A stretch of DNA of 41,515 bases, from positions 1 through 41,515 of the forward strand of contig CADBUH010000106.1 in NCBI GenBank assembly GCA_902797775.1, in the 5' to 3' direction. Below the pieces are notes generated by a model, which saw only the letters and a program-made list of their open reading frames with translations, had not been told where the DNA came from and searched no databases. The stretch is from an uncultured Erysipelotrichaceae bacterium. GTDB taxonomy: Bacteria > Bacillota_I > Bacilli_A > Erysipelotrichales > Erysipelotrichaceae. A program made the translations under genes and the position numbers. Below, in pieces: positions 17,785-27,659 of this stretch. Every line of letters begins with the position of its first letter. Positions within the stretch are counted from its first letter, which is position 1.

Positions 17785-19902
17785 ATGGCATCAATACATG
17801 CTTATTTAGACGATTATAATAAGCTCGTTGTAGAAGTAAGTAGAAAGTTTTATGGTGGATATACAAGTGGTTTCTACTTATCAAGTGAAGATGGGTTTCA
17901 TTGTGATTGCCATTTAAAAGAGAGAATTGAGAAAGAAGGAGATATCGTATATATCCTTCAATTCTCAAAAGAAATACAATTTGGAAAACGATATGATCTT
18001 CATGAAGTTCATGGACTCATCGTACCTATTGAACATCGTTTTATCGTACATACAGAACGTTTCCATAAGTCTTTTACCTATACTGGAAATGATTTAGGTT
18101 CTACGTATACACCATCTAAGACATCCTTTGCGTTATGGGCTCCTACGGCTGTTGAAGTGTTGTTGTATGTGACACTGAATAAACAGATTACGATTTATCC
18201 TATGGAGCGAGACACAAAGGGTGTTTATCGTGTTGAAATAAAAGGGGATTTAAAGAACGCAACGTATTTATATCGTATTGATCGAAATGGAGAAATCGTT
18301 AAGAGTTTAGATCCTTATGCATTAAGTAGTACCGCAAATGGTAAAGAAAGCGCAGTGATTGATGAAGAAGAAATCATGGGTATTAAAGATGTTGCACCAC
18401 ACACAAAGATTACTAGTTATTGTGATGCGATCATTTATGAATGCAGTATTCGTGATATGACTTCGAGTGAACAAACAGGCACAAAAACACATGGGCTCTA
18501 TAATTCACTTCAAGAAACCGATACAGTATTTGAAGATTTACCAACTGGTTTAGATTATTTATCTTCCTTAGGAATCACCCATGTGCAATTTCAACCTGTA
18601 TTAGACTTTGCGACTATTGATGAAAACTTTCCAAAGAGAAATTATAACTGGGGATATGATCCTGCACAGATAATCTCTTTAGAAGGATCTTACGCAAGTA
18701 ATCCAAATGATCCTTATACTCGAATGATGGAATTTAAAAAGTTAGTATCAACACTTCATTCGCGTGATATACGTGTCATATTGGATGTTGTGTGGAATCA
18801 TATGTATAGTGCTAATGATAGTCCACTAGGGAAATGTGTTCCATATTATTATTTCCGTTATACAGATACGCAATATTTATCCAATGGTTCTTATTGTGGG
18901 AATGATATTGAATCAAGACGTCCTATGACACAACATCTTTTATTAACGGCAGTAAGAAAATTAATGACACTCTATGGAATTGATGGTTTCCGTTTTGATT
19001 TAATGGGAATCTTAGATATCACAACGATGAATCAAATTGTAGACCTCGCACATCACATCAAAAGTGACTCCCTTGTCTATGGAGAAGGATGGGATATGCC
19101 TACTGCTTTAGCAGGGAATGAAAAAACTACCATCTATAACAATAGTCGAACACCAGAGATTGCCTTCTTCAATGATACCTTCCGTGATGTCTTAAAAGGG
19201 AATACATCAGATAACGCAAAATATGATAAAGGTTTCTTAACAGGAAACTTAGAAGAAGCCTATGATGCGTATGGTGCATTAACTGCGAATAGTATTGATG
19301 CCTATTTTAAAAGGTTCTCTTCTCCTAGCCAAAGTATTAACGCAATTGAAACACATGATAATGCGACTGCTTGGGATAAGATGCATGCGTGTTGCCAAGA
19401 GGAACCACGTGAATTAAGAAGAAAACGTCAAAAGATGATGATTGCGGCTACTTTATTTGCCCAAGGTGTACCATTCCTCCATGCAGGGATGGAATATTGT
19501 GGCACCAAACATGATAATTCAAACTCCTATATGGCAGGAGATGAAATCAATGGAATGAATTGGGAAAGAAGAAAGTATAATCAAGATATTGTCCTCTACA
19601 CAAAGAAATGTATCGCTTTCCGTAGATCACATCCAATCTTCCGTTTAGCGACTTCAAAAGAAGTAGAAGAATATGTCCATCTCAATATGATACATGATCA
19701 TATGATTCTCTATGAATTACATAATGAGAAGGTGCATAATATCGTCGTTATAAATCCAGCATGTTACACACAGGCACTTTCTATCGAAAGTGGATGTCGA
19801 ATATTGTTTGATGAAAATGGGGATTATCATGATGAGGTAATATATAATATAGATATTCCTCATTGTAGTGTAATGGTAATCGTAATAGAAAATAGGGGGT
19901 AA
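17785..19902 (+). CDS. pulA: Type I pullulanase (GH13 debranching enzyme)
   Basis: YNWGYDP, GFRFDLMG, YGEGW and HDN motifs. Confidence 0.9.
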   Translation: MASIHAYLDDYNKLVVEVSRKFYGGYTSGFYLSSEDGFHCDCHLKERIEKEGDIVYILQFSKEIQFGKRYDLHEVHGLIVPIEHRFIVHTERFHKSFTYTGNDLGSTYTPSKTSFALWAPTAVEVLLYVTLNKQITIYPMERDTKGVYRVEIKGDLKNATYLYRIDRNGEIVKSLDPYALSSTANGKESAVIDEEEIMGIKDVAPHTKITSYCDAIIYECSIRDMTSSEQTGTKTHGLYNSLQETDTVFEDLPTGLDYLSSLGITHVQFQPVLDFATIDENFPKRNYNWGYDPAQIISLEGSYASNPNDPYTRMMEFKKLVSTLHSRDIRVILDVVWNHMYSANDSPLGKCVPYYYFRYTDTQYLSNGSYCGNDIESRRPMTQHLLLTAVRKLMTLYGIDGFRFDLMGILDITTMNQIVDLAHHIKSDSLVYGEGWDMPTALAGNEKTTIYNNSRTPEIAFFNDTFRDVLKGNTSDNAKYDKGFLTGNLEEAYDAYGALTANSIDAYFKRFSSPSQSINAIETHDNATAWDKMHACCQEEPRELRRKRQKMMIAATLFAQGVPFLHAGMEYCGTKHDNSNSYMAGDEINGMNWERRKYNQDIVLYTKKCIAFRRSHPIFRLATSKEVEEYVHLNMIHDHMILYELHNEKVHNIVVINPACYTQALSIESGCRILFDENGDYHDEVIYNIDIPHCSVMVIVIENRG

Positions 19903-19913
19903 AAGAGGTAGTT

Positions 19914-21896
19914 ATGAAAAAGAAATGGATCAATAAGAGTATGAAGTTCCTTTTGGCACTTTTAGTAAGTGTTTCTTTCTTTACAACCGTAAATGCTGAA
20001 GATGGGAATAAAGAATTTGAAGAATATTTAGATGGTGAATTTAAAGAAACGATGGAGAGTGATTATCTATCACTTCATTTTACTTTACGTGATTATGAAT
20101 CGTATGGGATTAAAAAACCAGAATTAAATCTTGGGGATGCATCCTTACAATCTTATCAAGACGCAATTGAAGAGAATAATGCGATTCTAAAAGATTTAGA
20201 AGGGTTTGATTATAATAGTTTAAGTGAAAGACAAAAGTATGATTATGATGTCTTGAAATCTTATATTGAAAAAACAAATGGATTAAACGCATATCCAATG
20301 TTAGATTCATTGTTCAATCCTTATTCAGGAGTTCTAGATAATATCATTACGAACTTTGAAGAATTTGTATTCTATAAGAAAGAAGATATTGATGATTATA
20401 TTGAATTATTAATTTCGATTCGTCCTTTCTTTGAAGAATGTCTAGAGGTTACGGAAGCACAAGTAAAAGAAGGAATCTTCTTAACGGATACACTCTTAGA
20501 TGAAACAATTGATTTTATTGATGGCTTTACAAGTAAGACAACAGATAACGCAATGGTTGTATCCTTTAATGATCGAATTGATGAATTTGAAGGATTAAGT
20601 GAAGCAGAGAAGACTGCGTATAAAGAAAAGAATTTAGAAACCATTGAAAAGCATGTGATACCTGCATATCGTATGGTTGCAGATCGCTTAGAAACTTGGA
20701 GAGGTAGTAATAAATATTCAGGTGGTGTCGCAAATTATCCAAATGGAAAAGAATATTATGCGGCACTCGCAAAAGCGAAATCAAGTACAGATTTATCTGT
20801 AGAAGAACTTATAGAATTATGTGAAGACTATATTAATCAAATTATTAGTGTTTATATGGAACTTTATATGTATGATCAAAATTTAGATCGTCATCTAAGT
20901 TCCGCAACAACAGGATTAGAAACAGCAGAGGATGTATTATCTTATCTACAAAACCATCTTGAAGATTATCCTACAGGACCATATGTAACCTATAAGAGTT
21001 CTTATTTAGATCCTACGATTGCGAATGATTCCATTGTGGCATATTATATGCAACCTCCAATTGATGATATCGTAAATAACGTTATTAAAATTAATGGGGA
21101 TAATATTTCAGATGAAATTGAACTCTTTGGAACCTTAGCGCATGAAGGATTCCCTGGACACTTATATCAAATTACTTGGTACTTAGATCAAAAACCACAT
21201 CCAATTCGTCAAGTTACATCCAACATTGGTTATACCGAAGGATGGGCAATGTATACAGAATTTGATTCTTACGCAAAGAGTAATTTAGATCCTGTTGTGG
21301 GCTTAGCCTATGGTGTTGAAACAGGACTTGGATATGTGATGAATGCGTATTGTGATTTAGGAGTAAATGGATTAGGTTGGACTGAACAAGAACTCGCTGA
21401 TAAATTAAATGCACTTGGTTTAAATGGAGAAGCTGCACAAAGTCTCTATGAGTTTGTGATTTCTAGGCCTGGTATGATTCTACCTTATGGTATTGGAATG
21501 GCTTTCCTACAAAAACAAAGAGCGAAAGCATATGCATCCTTAGAAGAAGATTTCGATATTGTTGAATTCAATGATGTCTTATTAAAGAATGGAGATCGTC
21601 CATTAGAAATCGTTGAAAAAGATGTGGATGCGTATATTCGCAGTAAAGGAAAAGACGTTGATACGGATTATGGTATTTTTGTAGAATATGAAGACTATAT
21701 GACCGATCAAGTATTTGGTGAAGAATCTTCTAGTATTCCTTATGAAGGATTTAACTGGGATAGTTATACACCAGGTGGTTATACAAGAGAAAGCAAAATT
21801 CCATATTATATATTTGGAGGAATATTAGGAGTTGTCGCAATTATTGCGGCAGTCCTCTTAGCTAAGAATGCGAAAAAAGGACCGTTTGACAAGTAA
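19914..21896 (+). CDS. DUF885-family secreted, membrane-anchored putative metalloprotein
   Basis: Signal peptide; HEGFPGHLYQ and EGWAMY motifs; C-terminal TM segment plus basic tail. Confidence 0.8.
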   Translation: MKKKWINKSMKFLLALLVSVSFFTTVNAEDGNKEFEEYLDGEFKETMESDYLSLHFTLRDYESYGIKKPELNLGDASLQSYQDAIEENNAILKDLEGFDYNSLSERQKYDYDVLKSYIEKTNGLNAYPMLDSLFNPYSGVLDNIITNFEEFVFYKKEDIDDYIELLISIRPFFEECLEVTEAQVKEGIFLTDTLLDETIDFIDGFTSKTTDNAMVVSFNDRIDEFEGLSEAEKTAYKEKNLETIEKHVIPAYRMVADRLETWRGSNKYSGGVANYPNGKEYYAALAKAKSSTDLSVEELIELCEDYINQIISVYMELYMYDQNLDRHLSSATTGLETAEDVLSYLQNHLEDYPTGPYVTYKSSYLDPTIANDSIVAYYMQPPIDDIVNNVIKINGDNISDEIELFGTLAHEGFPGHLYQITWYLDQKPHPIRQVTSNIGYTEGWAMYTEFDSYAKSNLDPVVGLAYGVETGLGYVMNAYCDLGVNGLGWTEQELADKLNALGLNGEAAQSLYEFVISRPGMILPYGIGMAFLQKQRAKAYASLEEDFDIVEFNDVLLKNGDRPLEIVEKDVDAYIRSKGKDVDTDYGIFVEYEDYMTDQVFGEESSSIPYEGFNWDSYTPGGYTRESKIPYYIFGGILGVVAIIAAVLLAKNAKKGPFDK

Positions 21897-23097
21897 ATTA
21901 ATTGTTTGTTTCTTATGTCTAGGTTTGATGGGGTGTCAAAAAGAAGAGGTCATTGTGGAAGCGACACCGACTCCTACTCCAGAACCCACCCCTACACCAG
22001 TCATAATTAACCACACAACATTAGAAGAATCTACATCGATGATTGTAGATTCTTTCATAAATGGGAATACCATTACGGTTTCAAATGAATACCAAGGTAA
22101 TCTTGATGAAATGAAGCAATTAAAAGGTTGTATCATTACCCAAGACCAACACATCTATACAAATGAAAAAGAAGCTAGAGTTGTATTGGAATGTGAAAAA
22201 GAAAAGAAGTTTCTTAAGATTCAATATGATGAAGAATTATTACCGAAACAATTAAATCTTTATTCTTTACCTCCAACCCCAACTTTAGAAGAAACCGAAG
22301 ATTATTATGAAATTGGTTTAGCAGTAGGTTTAACACCACAATTAAATGGAATCCTTACAATACCTTATAAAACAGAATATCCTTCGGTAGCGATTATTAT
22401 GCCAGATGGACTCTATAATGATTTAGATGGTTCAGGAGATGATCCAACATTTCGAAAAGATTTAGCACATGCATTAGCGGAAGAAGGAATAGCGACAGTT
22501 CGTTATGATATGCGTTTAGCAGTAGAACCAAGTCTCATACAGTCTAATGATGATTATTCTTTAAATGAAATCTACTATAAAGATTTTGCGTCACTTGTGC
22601 ATATGTTAGAAAGATATCCTGTAGATGCAGGAGATATTCTTTTTGTGGGACATGGACTAAGTGCGAATTTGGCGTACGCTTCCGTTTACCAACACTTTGA
22701 AATAACAGGAGGGATTGTCTTAATTGATCCTTTAGAAGAGAATGGATTAAATCTTATGGGAAAAGTGCATGGATTAAGTAACGAAGAGATTGCGCGTGTT
22801 ACACAAGAACTCGAAAAAGAGGAAAAAGAAGAAACATTCTCTTATCCTCTATCTTATTTTGAAGAATGGAATCATAGTAATGGAAATCTTTATTTAGGAA
22901 GTCTTCGTCAAAGAATACTCATCTTAAAGTCACATACATTAACGTATTCGGAACGAAATGAATATCGAAATAATGGGTGGATAACGGTAAAAGGTTATCC
23001 AATCATAGGAAATACATTCCGTAGTAATGAAACCTTATATCCAACTTTACCAAGTGATATCTTTAAGTGGATAGTAGGATTAAATATTGTAAGGTAG
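21868..23097 (+). CDS. Lipoprotein with Pro/Thr linker and degenerate alpha/beta-hydrolase domain
   Basis: Lipobox LMGC; ATPTPTPEPTPTP linker; DLAHALAEEGIATVRYD; GHGLS at the nucleophile elbow. Start may be TTG ~21886. Confidence 0.65.
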   Translation: MRKKDRLTSKLIVCFLCLGLMGCQKEEVIVEATPTPTPEPTPTPVIINHTTLEESTSMIVDSFINGNTITVSNEYQGNLDEMKQLKGCIITQDQHIYTNEKEARVVLECEKEKKFLKIQYDEELLPKQLNLYSLPPTPTLEETEDYYEIGLAVGLTPQLNGILTIPYKTEYPSVAIIMPDGLYNDLDGSGDDPTFRKDLAHALAEEGIATVRYDMRLAVEPSLIQSNDDYSLNEIYYKDFASLVHMLERYPVDAGDILFVGHGLSANLAYASVYQHFEITGGIVLIDPLEENGLNLMGKVHGLSNEEIARVTQELEKEEKEETFSYPLSYFEEWNHSNGNLYLGSLRQRILILKSHTLTYSERNEYRNNGWITVKGYPIIGNTFRSNETLYPTLPSDIFKWIVGLNIVR

Positions 23098-23106
23098 GAA
23101 AGAGAT

Positions 23107-23775
23107 ATGATTGTAAATCATTGGACACCATGGTTAAAAAATGAATTTGAACAACCTTATTTTAAAGAGCTCGCAAAGTTTGTGCATGAAGAATATGAAA
23201 CCCATACGATTTATCCACCAAAGCAGTTAGTCTTTAGTGCTTTTGAAACTTGTGATTATGGAAGTATTAAAGTAGTTATATTAGGACAAGATCCTTATCA
23301 CGGAAAAGGACAAGGACATGGGATGTGTTTTTCGGTTAATCCAGGTGTAAAGATACCACCTAGTTTACAAAATATTTATAAAGAATTAAAAGAAGATGAA
23401 GGGTGTTATATTCCAAATAATGGATATTTAATGCCATGGGCAAAACAAGGTGTATTCTTATTGAATGCGGTATTAACGGTAAGAGAAAAACAACCAAATT
23501 CACATGCGGGGAAAGGATGGGAAACCTTTACAGACCATGCGATTAGTTATATTAATGAACAAGATACTCCTGTAGTGTTTATGTTGTGGGGAAATAACGC
23601 AAGAAAGAAAAGTGAATTGATTAATAGAGAGAAACATCTTGTATTAGAAACCGTACATCCTTCTCCATATAGTGCAAACAATGGATTTTTTGGATGTCAT
23701 CATTTTTCAAAAGCAAATCAATTTTTAAAGGAACATGGGTTAGAACCAATCCATTGGCAAATAGAGGATCTTTAA
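23107..23775 (+). CDS. ung: Uracil-DNA glycosylase (family 1)
   Basis: GQDPYH, LLNAVLTV and HPSP motifs. Confidence 0.96.
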   Translation: MIVNHWTPWLKNEFEQPYFKELAKFVHEEYETHTIYPPKQLVFSAFETCDYGSIKVVILGQDPYHGKGQGHGMCFSVNPGVKIPPSLQNIYKELKEDEGCYIPNNGYLMPWAKQGVFLLNAVLTVREKQPNSHAGKGWETFTDHAISYINEQDTPVVFMLWGNNARKKSELINREKHLVLETVHPSPYSANNGFFGCHHFSKANQFLKEHGLEPIHWQIEDL

Positions 23776-24983
23776 TGTTTAAAACATATCAAGAAGCAGA
23801 ACAATTTGTGATAACACGTAGAAGGAGTACAAGAAAACATAGTTTCCAAGATTTTTGTGTTCTATTAGAAAGACTTGGAAATCCACAAGATTGTTTTCCT
23901 AGTGTACATGTGGCTGGAACCAATGGAAAGGGGAGCACTTCCAATTACATTTCAGATCTTTTAAGAACGAAGTATAAAAAAGTAGGTTTATTTACGTCTC
24001 CTCATTTAATGAATCATCGTGATCGTATTCGTATTAATGATGAATGGATTAAAGAAGAAGATTACTTAAAATATATAAATGAGAATTATGATTTGATCGT
24101 TGAAAATGATTTAGCGATGTTTGAGATTGTGACACTTATTTCAGCGTTATATTTTAAAGATCAAAAGGTAGATTATGCGGTTTATGAAGTAGGGATTGGA
24201 GGAAGAAAGGATCCTACCAATGCGTTACATCATCCTTCTATGACCATCATAACTTCCATTGGATATGATCATATGCAATTTCTAGGTGATACCTTAGAAG
24301 ATATCGCAAGAGAAAAAGCAGGAATTATAAAAGAGGATATACCAATCGTAGTTGGGAATTTACCAGAGGTCGCATTAAAGGAAATTGAAAAGATCGCAAA
24401 TGAAAAGAAGGCACCACTATATCACTCCTATTCTTATCAAGACCTTGGGGAAAGAAAAATAGAAATTGAAGATACAATTTTTACATTATCCACCTCTGCA
24501 TCTTACCAAAAGAATAATGTGGCACTCGCCTTAAAAGCGGCTTCCTTATTAGGGATTGATTGTAAGAAAGAAGAAACCAAAAACGCAATCCTACATTCTC
24601 TTTGGCAAGGACGCTTTGAACAAATTAAAGAGAATGTGATTATTGATGGTGCACATAATGAAGAGGGAATCCAAGCATTAGTACATTCATTCTGTTATCT
24701 TGAAAGACCAATCGTCGTTATCTTTACCGCACTCAAAGATAAACGAGGAAAAGAGATGGCGAAGGTGTTAAGAGAACATGCGGATTACTTAATCGTTACA
24801 GAAATAGAGAATGTGCGAGCTTCTTCTGCGAATGATTTATCATGGAAAGAAGATGAAATTATTACCGATTGGAAAGAAGCTTATCAAATTGCGAAAGAAT
24901 ATGTAAAAGAAAAAGGAACGATCGTAATATCAGGTTCCTTATATCTTATTAGTGAAGTTAGAAGTTATTTATTAGAGGAATAG
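23775..24983 (+). CDS. folC: Folylpolyglutamate synthase/dihydrofolate synthase
   Basis: HVAGTNGKGST, FTSPHL, EVGIGG.DPTN, DGAHN and GSLYL motifs. TAATG coupling to ung. Confidence 0.92.
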   Translation: MFKTYQEAEQFVITRRRSTRKHSFQDFCVLLERLGNPQDCFPSVHVAGTNGKGSTSNYISDLLRTKYKKVGLFTSPHLMNHRDRIRINDEWIKEEDYLKYINENYDLIVENDLAMFEIVTLISALYFKDQKVDYAVYEVGIGGRKDPTNALHHPSMTIITSIGYDHMQFLGDTLEDIAREKAGIIKEDIPIVVGNLPEVALKEIEKIANEKKAPLYHSYSYQDLGERKIEIEDTIFTLSTSASYQKNNVALALKAASLLGIDCKKEETKNAILHSLWQGRFEQIKENVIIDGAHNEEGIQALVHSFCYLERPIVVIFTALKDKRGKEMAKVLREHADYLIVTEIENVRASSANDLSWKEDEIITDWKEAYQIAKEYVKEKGTIVISGSLYLISEVRSYLLEE

Positions 24984-25999
24984 GATTCTTTTCTAGTAGA
25001 ACCACGTTGGATGAGTTCTACTGGGATTTTAATATGATGTGTTTTGAGTTTTTTGTTATCAATTAAATCTAAAAGATTTTCAACAGCTAGCTCAGCCATT
25101 TTAATTGTATCTTGGTGGACGCTAGTAATAGCAGGACGATAGGTCTGCGCAAGATAACTATTATCATAACCGGTAATGCGAATATCATCGGGAACAGTTT
25201 TTCCAATTGCATTTAGTGCAAAACAAGCTCCTATAGCAAGAGTATCTGTTAAACCAACAATCCCATCTGGCAATTTATTCTTTTTCAAATATTGGCTAAC
25301 TGCTTTTTCGCCATCAAAAATATTCGTAGAGTCTGCCACAATTTTTGTGGTTTTAACTTTCTTTTTATTTTCTTTAATTGCTTTTTGGAATCCTTTATAA
25401 CGTGTTTTTTGGTTTGATAAAGAGATAGGAGAGTCCCACATAAGGAGAGCGATTTCTTTACAACCTTGATCTAATAATTCTTTTGTTGCAAGATAGCCAC
25501 CAAGCTCATTATCTGATTCAATAGATACACAATTAGGACGTTCATCAAGTACAGGTCTATCTACATAGATGGTAGGGATAGAACTGAGAGATGAATACGC
25601 TTGTGTTCCAGACATGATAATAATGCCATCAACATTTTGCGATATTAAAGATTGAATCTGATCTTCTTCTAAAGAGGAAGATTCATTAGAGTTACAAATT
25701 AAACAAGAGTATCCTTTATCGAAAAGGTTCATCTGCAAGTTTAAAACAAAAGTAGAAAAGAATGGGTTTGTAATATCAGGAACAACAATTCCAATTACAT
25801 TAGTTTTACTTGTACGTAAACCCTTAGCGCTCATATTAGGAACATAGTGTGACTTTCGAATTACATCTAAAACACGTTTCTCTGTTTCTTTTGAATAACG
25901 ACCATTCTTATTAATGACACGTGAAACAGTAGCAACAGAAACCCCAGTCAATTCAGCAATTTTTTTAATATTAATAGGTTTATTAGTAGATTTTTTCAT
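24965..25999 (-). CDS. LacI-family transcriptional regulator (RbsR-like)
   Basis: HTH IKKIAELTGVSVATVSRVIN plus sugar-binding domain; divergent from the rbsK operon. Confidence 0.92.
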   Translation of the reverse strand: MKKSTNKPINIKKIAELTGVSVATVSRVINKNGRYSKETEKRVLDVIRKSHYVPNMSAKGLRTSKTNVIGIVVPDITNPFFSTFVLNLQMNLFDKGYSCLICNSNESSSLEEDQIQSLISQNVDGIIIMSGTQAYSSLSSIPTIYVDRPVLDERPNCVSIESDNELGGYLATKELLDQGCKEIALLMWDSPISLSNQKTRYKGFQKAIKENKKKVKTTKIVADSTNIFDGEKAVSQYLKKNKLPDGIVGLTDTLAIGACFALNAIGKTVPDDIRITGYDNSYLAQTYRPAITSVHQDTIKMAELAVENLLDLIDNKKLKTHHIKIPVELIQRGSTRKESYSSNK

Positions 26000-26123
26000 A
26001 AAACTTAATAATAGAATAACATGATTAATTGAGGTAGGCCATACAAAAAATAATGGAACTATTTATAAATATTTGATGAGCATAATTACAGTTTATAAAA
26101 AAATCAAAAAAAACATTTTTTTC

Positions 26124-26153
26124 TTGACAATGTGAAAGCGGTTACTTTACAAT
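26124..26153 (+). promoter_or_regulatory. Sigma-A promoter of the rbs-like operon with a cre/LacI-type site in the spacer
   Basis: TTGACA (26124)-18 bp-TACAAT (26148). TGAAAGCGGTTACT at 26133-26146 matches the cre consensus except at the last base. Confidence 0.7.
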
Positions 26154-26166
26154 AAAGTCAGATATA

Positions 26167-26182
26167 GAGTAAACGTTTACTC
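26167..26182. promoter_or_regulatory. LacI-type operator O1
   Basis: Perfect palindrome GAGTAAACGTTTACTC with central CG, just downstream of the -10. Confidence 0.8.
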
Positions 26183-26236
26183 AAATAATGTAACTTTTCC
26201 GGATTCTCGTCGTGAGACTTATTATTTTTAGAAAAT

Positions 26237-26252
26237 GGGAAAACGTTTACTC
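26237..26252. promoter_or_regulatory. LacI-type operator O2
   Basis: GGGAAAACGTTTACTC, 14/16 match to O1, 70 bp downstream. Confidence 0.7.
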
Positions 26253-26282
26253 ATAATCATAAAATTTGGAGGATTTTCAAGT

Positions 26283-27197
26283 ATGAAAAAAGTGGTTGTC
26301 TTTGGTGGGTCAAATGTGGACTTTGTGTTTAACCTTGATAAAGCACCGGAAAAAGGAGAAACCCTTAACTGTAATTCATTTAATAAATTACCTGGCGGTA
26401 AAGGTGCGAACCAAGCATTTGCGGTTCAAAAACTTGGAGGAAATTGTATTTTCCTAAGTGCTGTTGGAAGGGATGAATTAGGTGATATCGTTCTTGGAAG
26501 TGTTAAATCTACAGGAGTGGATGTTGATAACGTTCTAAAGGTAGAAAATGAATCTACTGGTATGGCTATCATTTATGTAGAAAGCGATGGAGATAATCGA
26601 ATTGTTGTAAATCCAGGAGCAAATCTAAAAGCGGATAAAGCATATGTAGATAGTAAGAAAAATATTATAGAGTCTGCAGACTATGTTCTTACTCAATTTG
26701 AATTAGATATGGATGCGACAGCTGAGTTATTAGAAATCGCAAAAAAAGCAGGAAAGACAATTGTATTAAATCCTGCACCAGCTGTTACGGATGTACCTGA
26801 TTCACTATATGCAGGAATTGATTACCTGACTCCAAATGAAACAGAGTTAAAGAAATTAACAGATCTTAATACAGATACAGAAGAGGAAATCGAAGAAGCT
26901 GCGAAAGTGCTTTTAGCAAAAGGAGTAAAAAATTTATTGGTTACCATTGGATCAAAAGGCGCAATGTTAATTAATGAAAATGGTACAAAAGTATATCCAG
27001 GCTTTAAAGCAGATCCAGTTGATACAACAGCCGCAGGGGATACCTTCAATGCAGGATTTATTGTAGGGCTTTCCGAAGGAATGGAAGTAGAAGAGGCAAT
27101 TCGATTTGCGAATGCAGCAGCTTCTATCACAGTTACTAGAAAAGGAGCACAGCCTTCTATCCCATCACGAGAAGAAGTAAATGTGATTCTTAAATAA
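26283..27197 (+). CDS. rbsK: Ribokinase (PfkB family)
   Basis: GGKGANQA, LNPAP, TPNETE and DTTAAGDTF motifs. ATG 26283 follows GGAGG. Confidence 0.88.
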   Translation: MKKVVVFGGSNVDFVFNLDKAPEKGETLNCNSFNKLPGGKGANQAFAVQKLGGNCIFLSAVGRDELGDIVLGSVKSTGVDVDNVLKVENESTGMAIIYVESDGDNRIVVNPGANLKADKAYVDSKKNIIESADYVLTQFELDMDATAELLEIAKKAGKTIVLNPAPAVTDVPDSLYAGIDYLTPNETELKKLTDLNTDTEEEIEEAAKVLLAKGVKNLLVTIGSKGAMLINENGTKVYPGFKADPVDTTAAGDTFNAGFIVGLSEGMEVEEAIRFANAAASITVTRKGAQPSIPSREEVNVILK

Positions 27198-27226
27198 TTA
27201 AGAAAACAAACGAGAGGAGGTGGAAA

Positions 27227-27622
27227 ATGAAGAAGGATAGATTGCTCAACCGTGACATAATTTACGAAGTTGCAGCATTAGGCCACACAGAATATATCTG
27301 CATTGCAGATTGTGGATTGCCAATTCCAAAAGATGTACCAGTCATTGATATTTCTATTAAAGCAGGTAACCCAAAGTTCTTAGATGTATTAGATGCTGTG
27401 TGTGAAGAACTAGTAGTCGAATCAATCATTCTAGCATCAGAAATAGATGAAAAGAGTCCTGCATTAGCGGGTGAAATGAAAAAGAGATTTGGCGAAGAAG
27501 TTACTGAAAAGGTCCCTCATGAAGATTTCAAGAAATTGACACAAAAAGCAAAATGTATTATCCGTACAGGTGAGACAACATCTTATGCAAATGTCATTCT
27601 TGTAGGAGGCGTAAATTTCTAA
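27227..27622 (+). CDS. rbsD: D-ribose pyranase
   Basis: LGHTE, IADCGLPIP, HEDFK, IIRTGE.TSYAN and GVNF motifs. Confidence 0.92.
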   Translation: MKKDRLLNRDIIYEVAALGHTEYICIADCGLPIPKDVPVIDISIKAGNPKFLDVLDAVCEELVVESIILASEIDEKSPALAGEMKKRFGEEVTEKVPHEDFKKLTQKAKCIIRTGETTSYANVILVGGVNF

Positions 27623-27659
27623 AACAAAAAACTTTTAATTTAAATGGAGGAGAGAAAGA

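Noticed and set aside
13502-19902. Glycogen cluster lacking glgC/glgD/glgA
   Set aside because: Split glg clusters are common and the missing genes may lie outside the window.
21961-21999. Pro/Thr repeat (and the Thr-rich repeat at ~27720-27810)
   Set aside because: Ordinary flexible linkers of lipoproteins; codons vary, so not a DNA-level tandem repeat or phase-variation tract.
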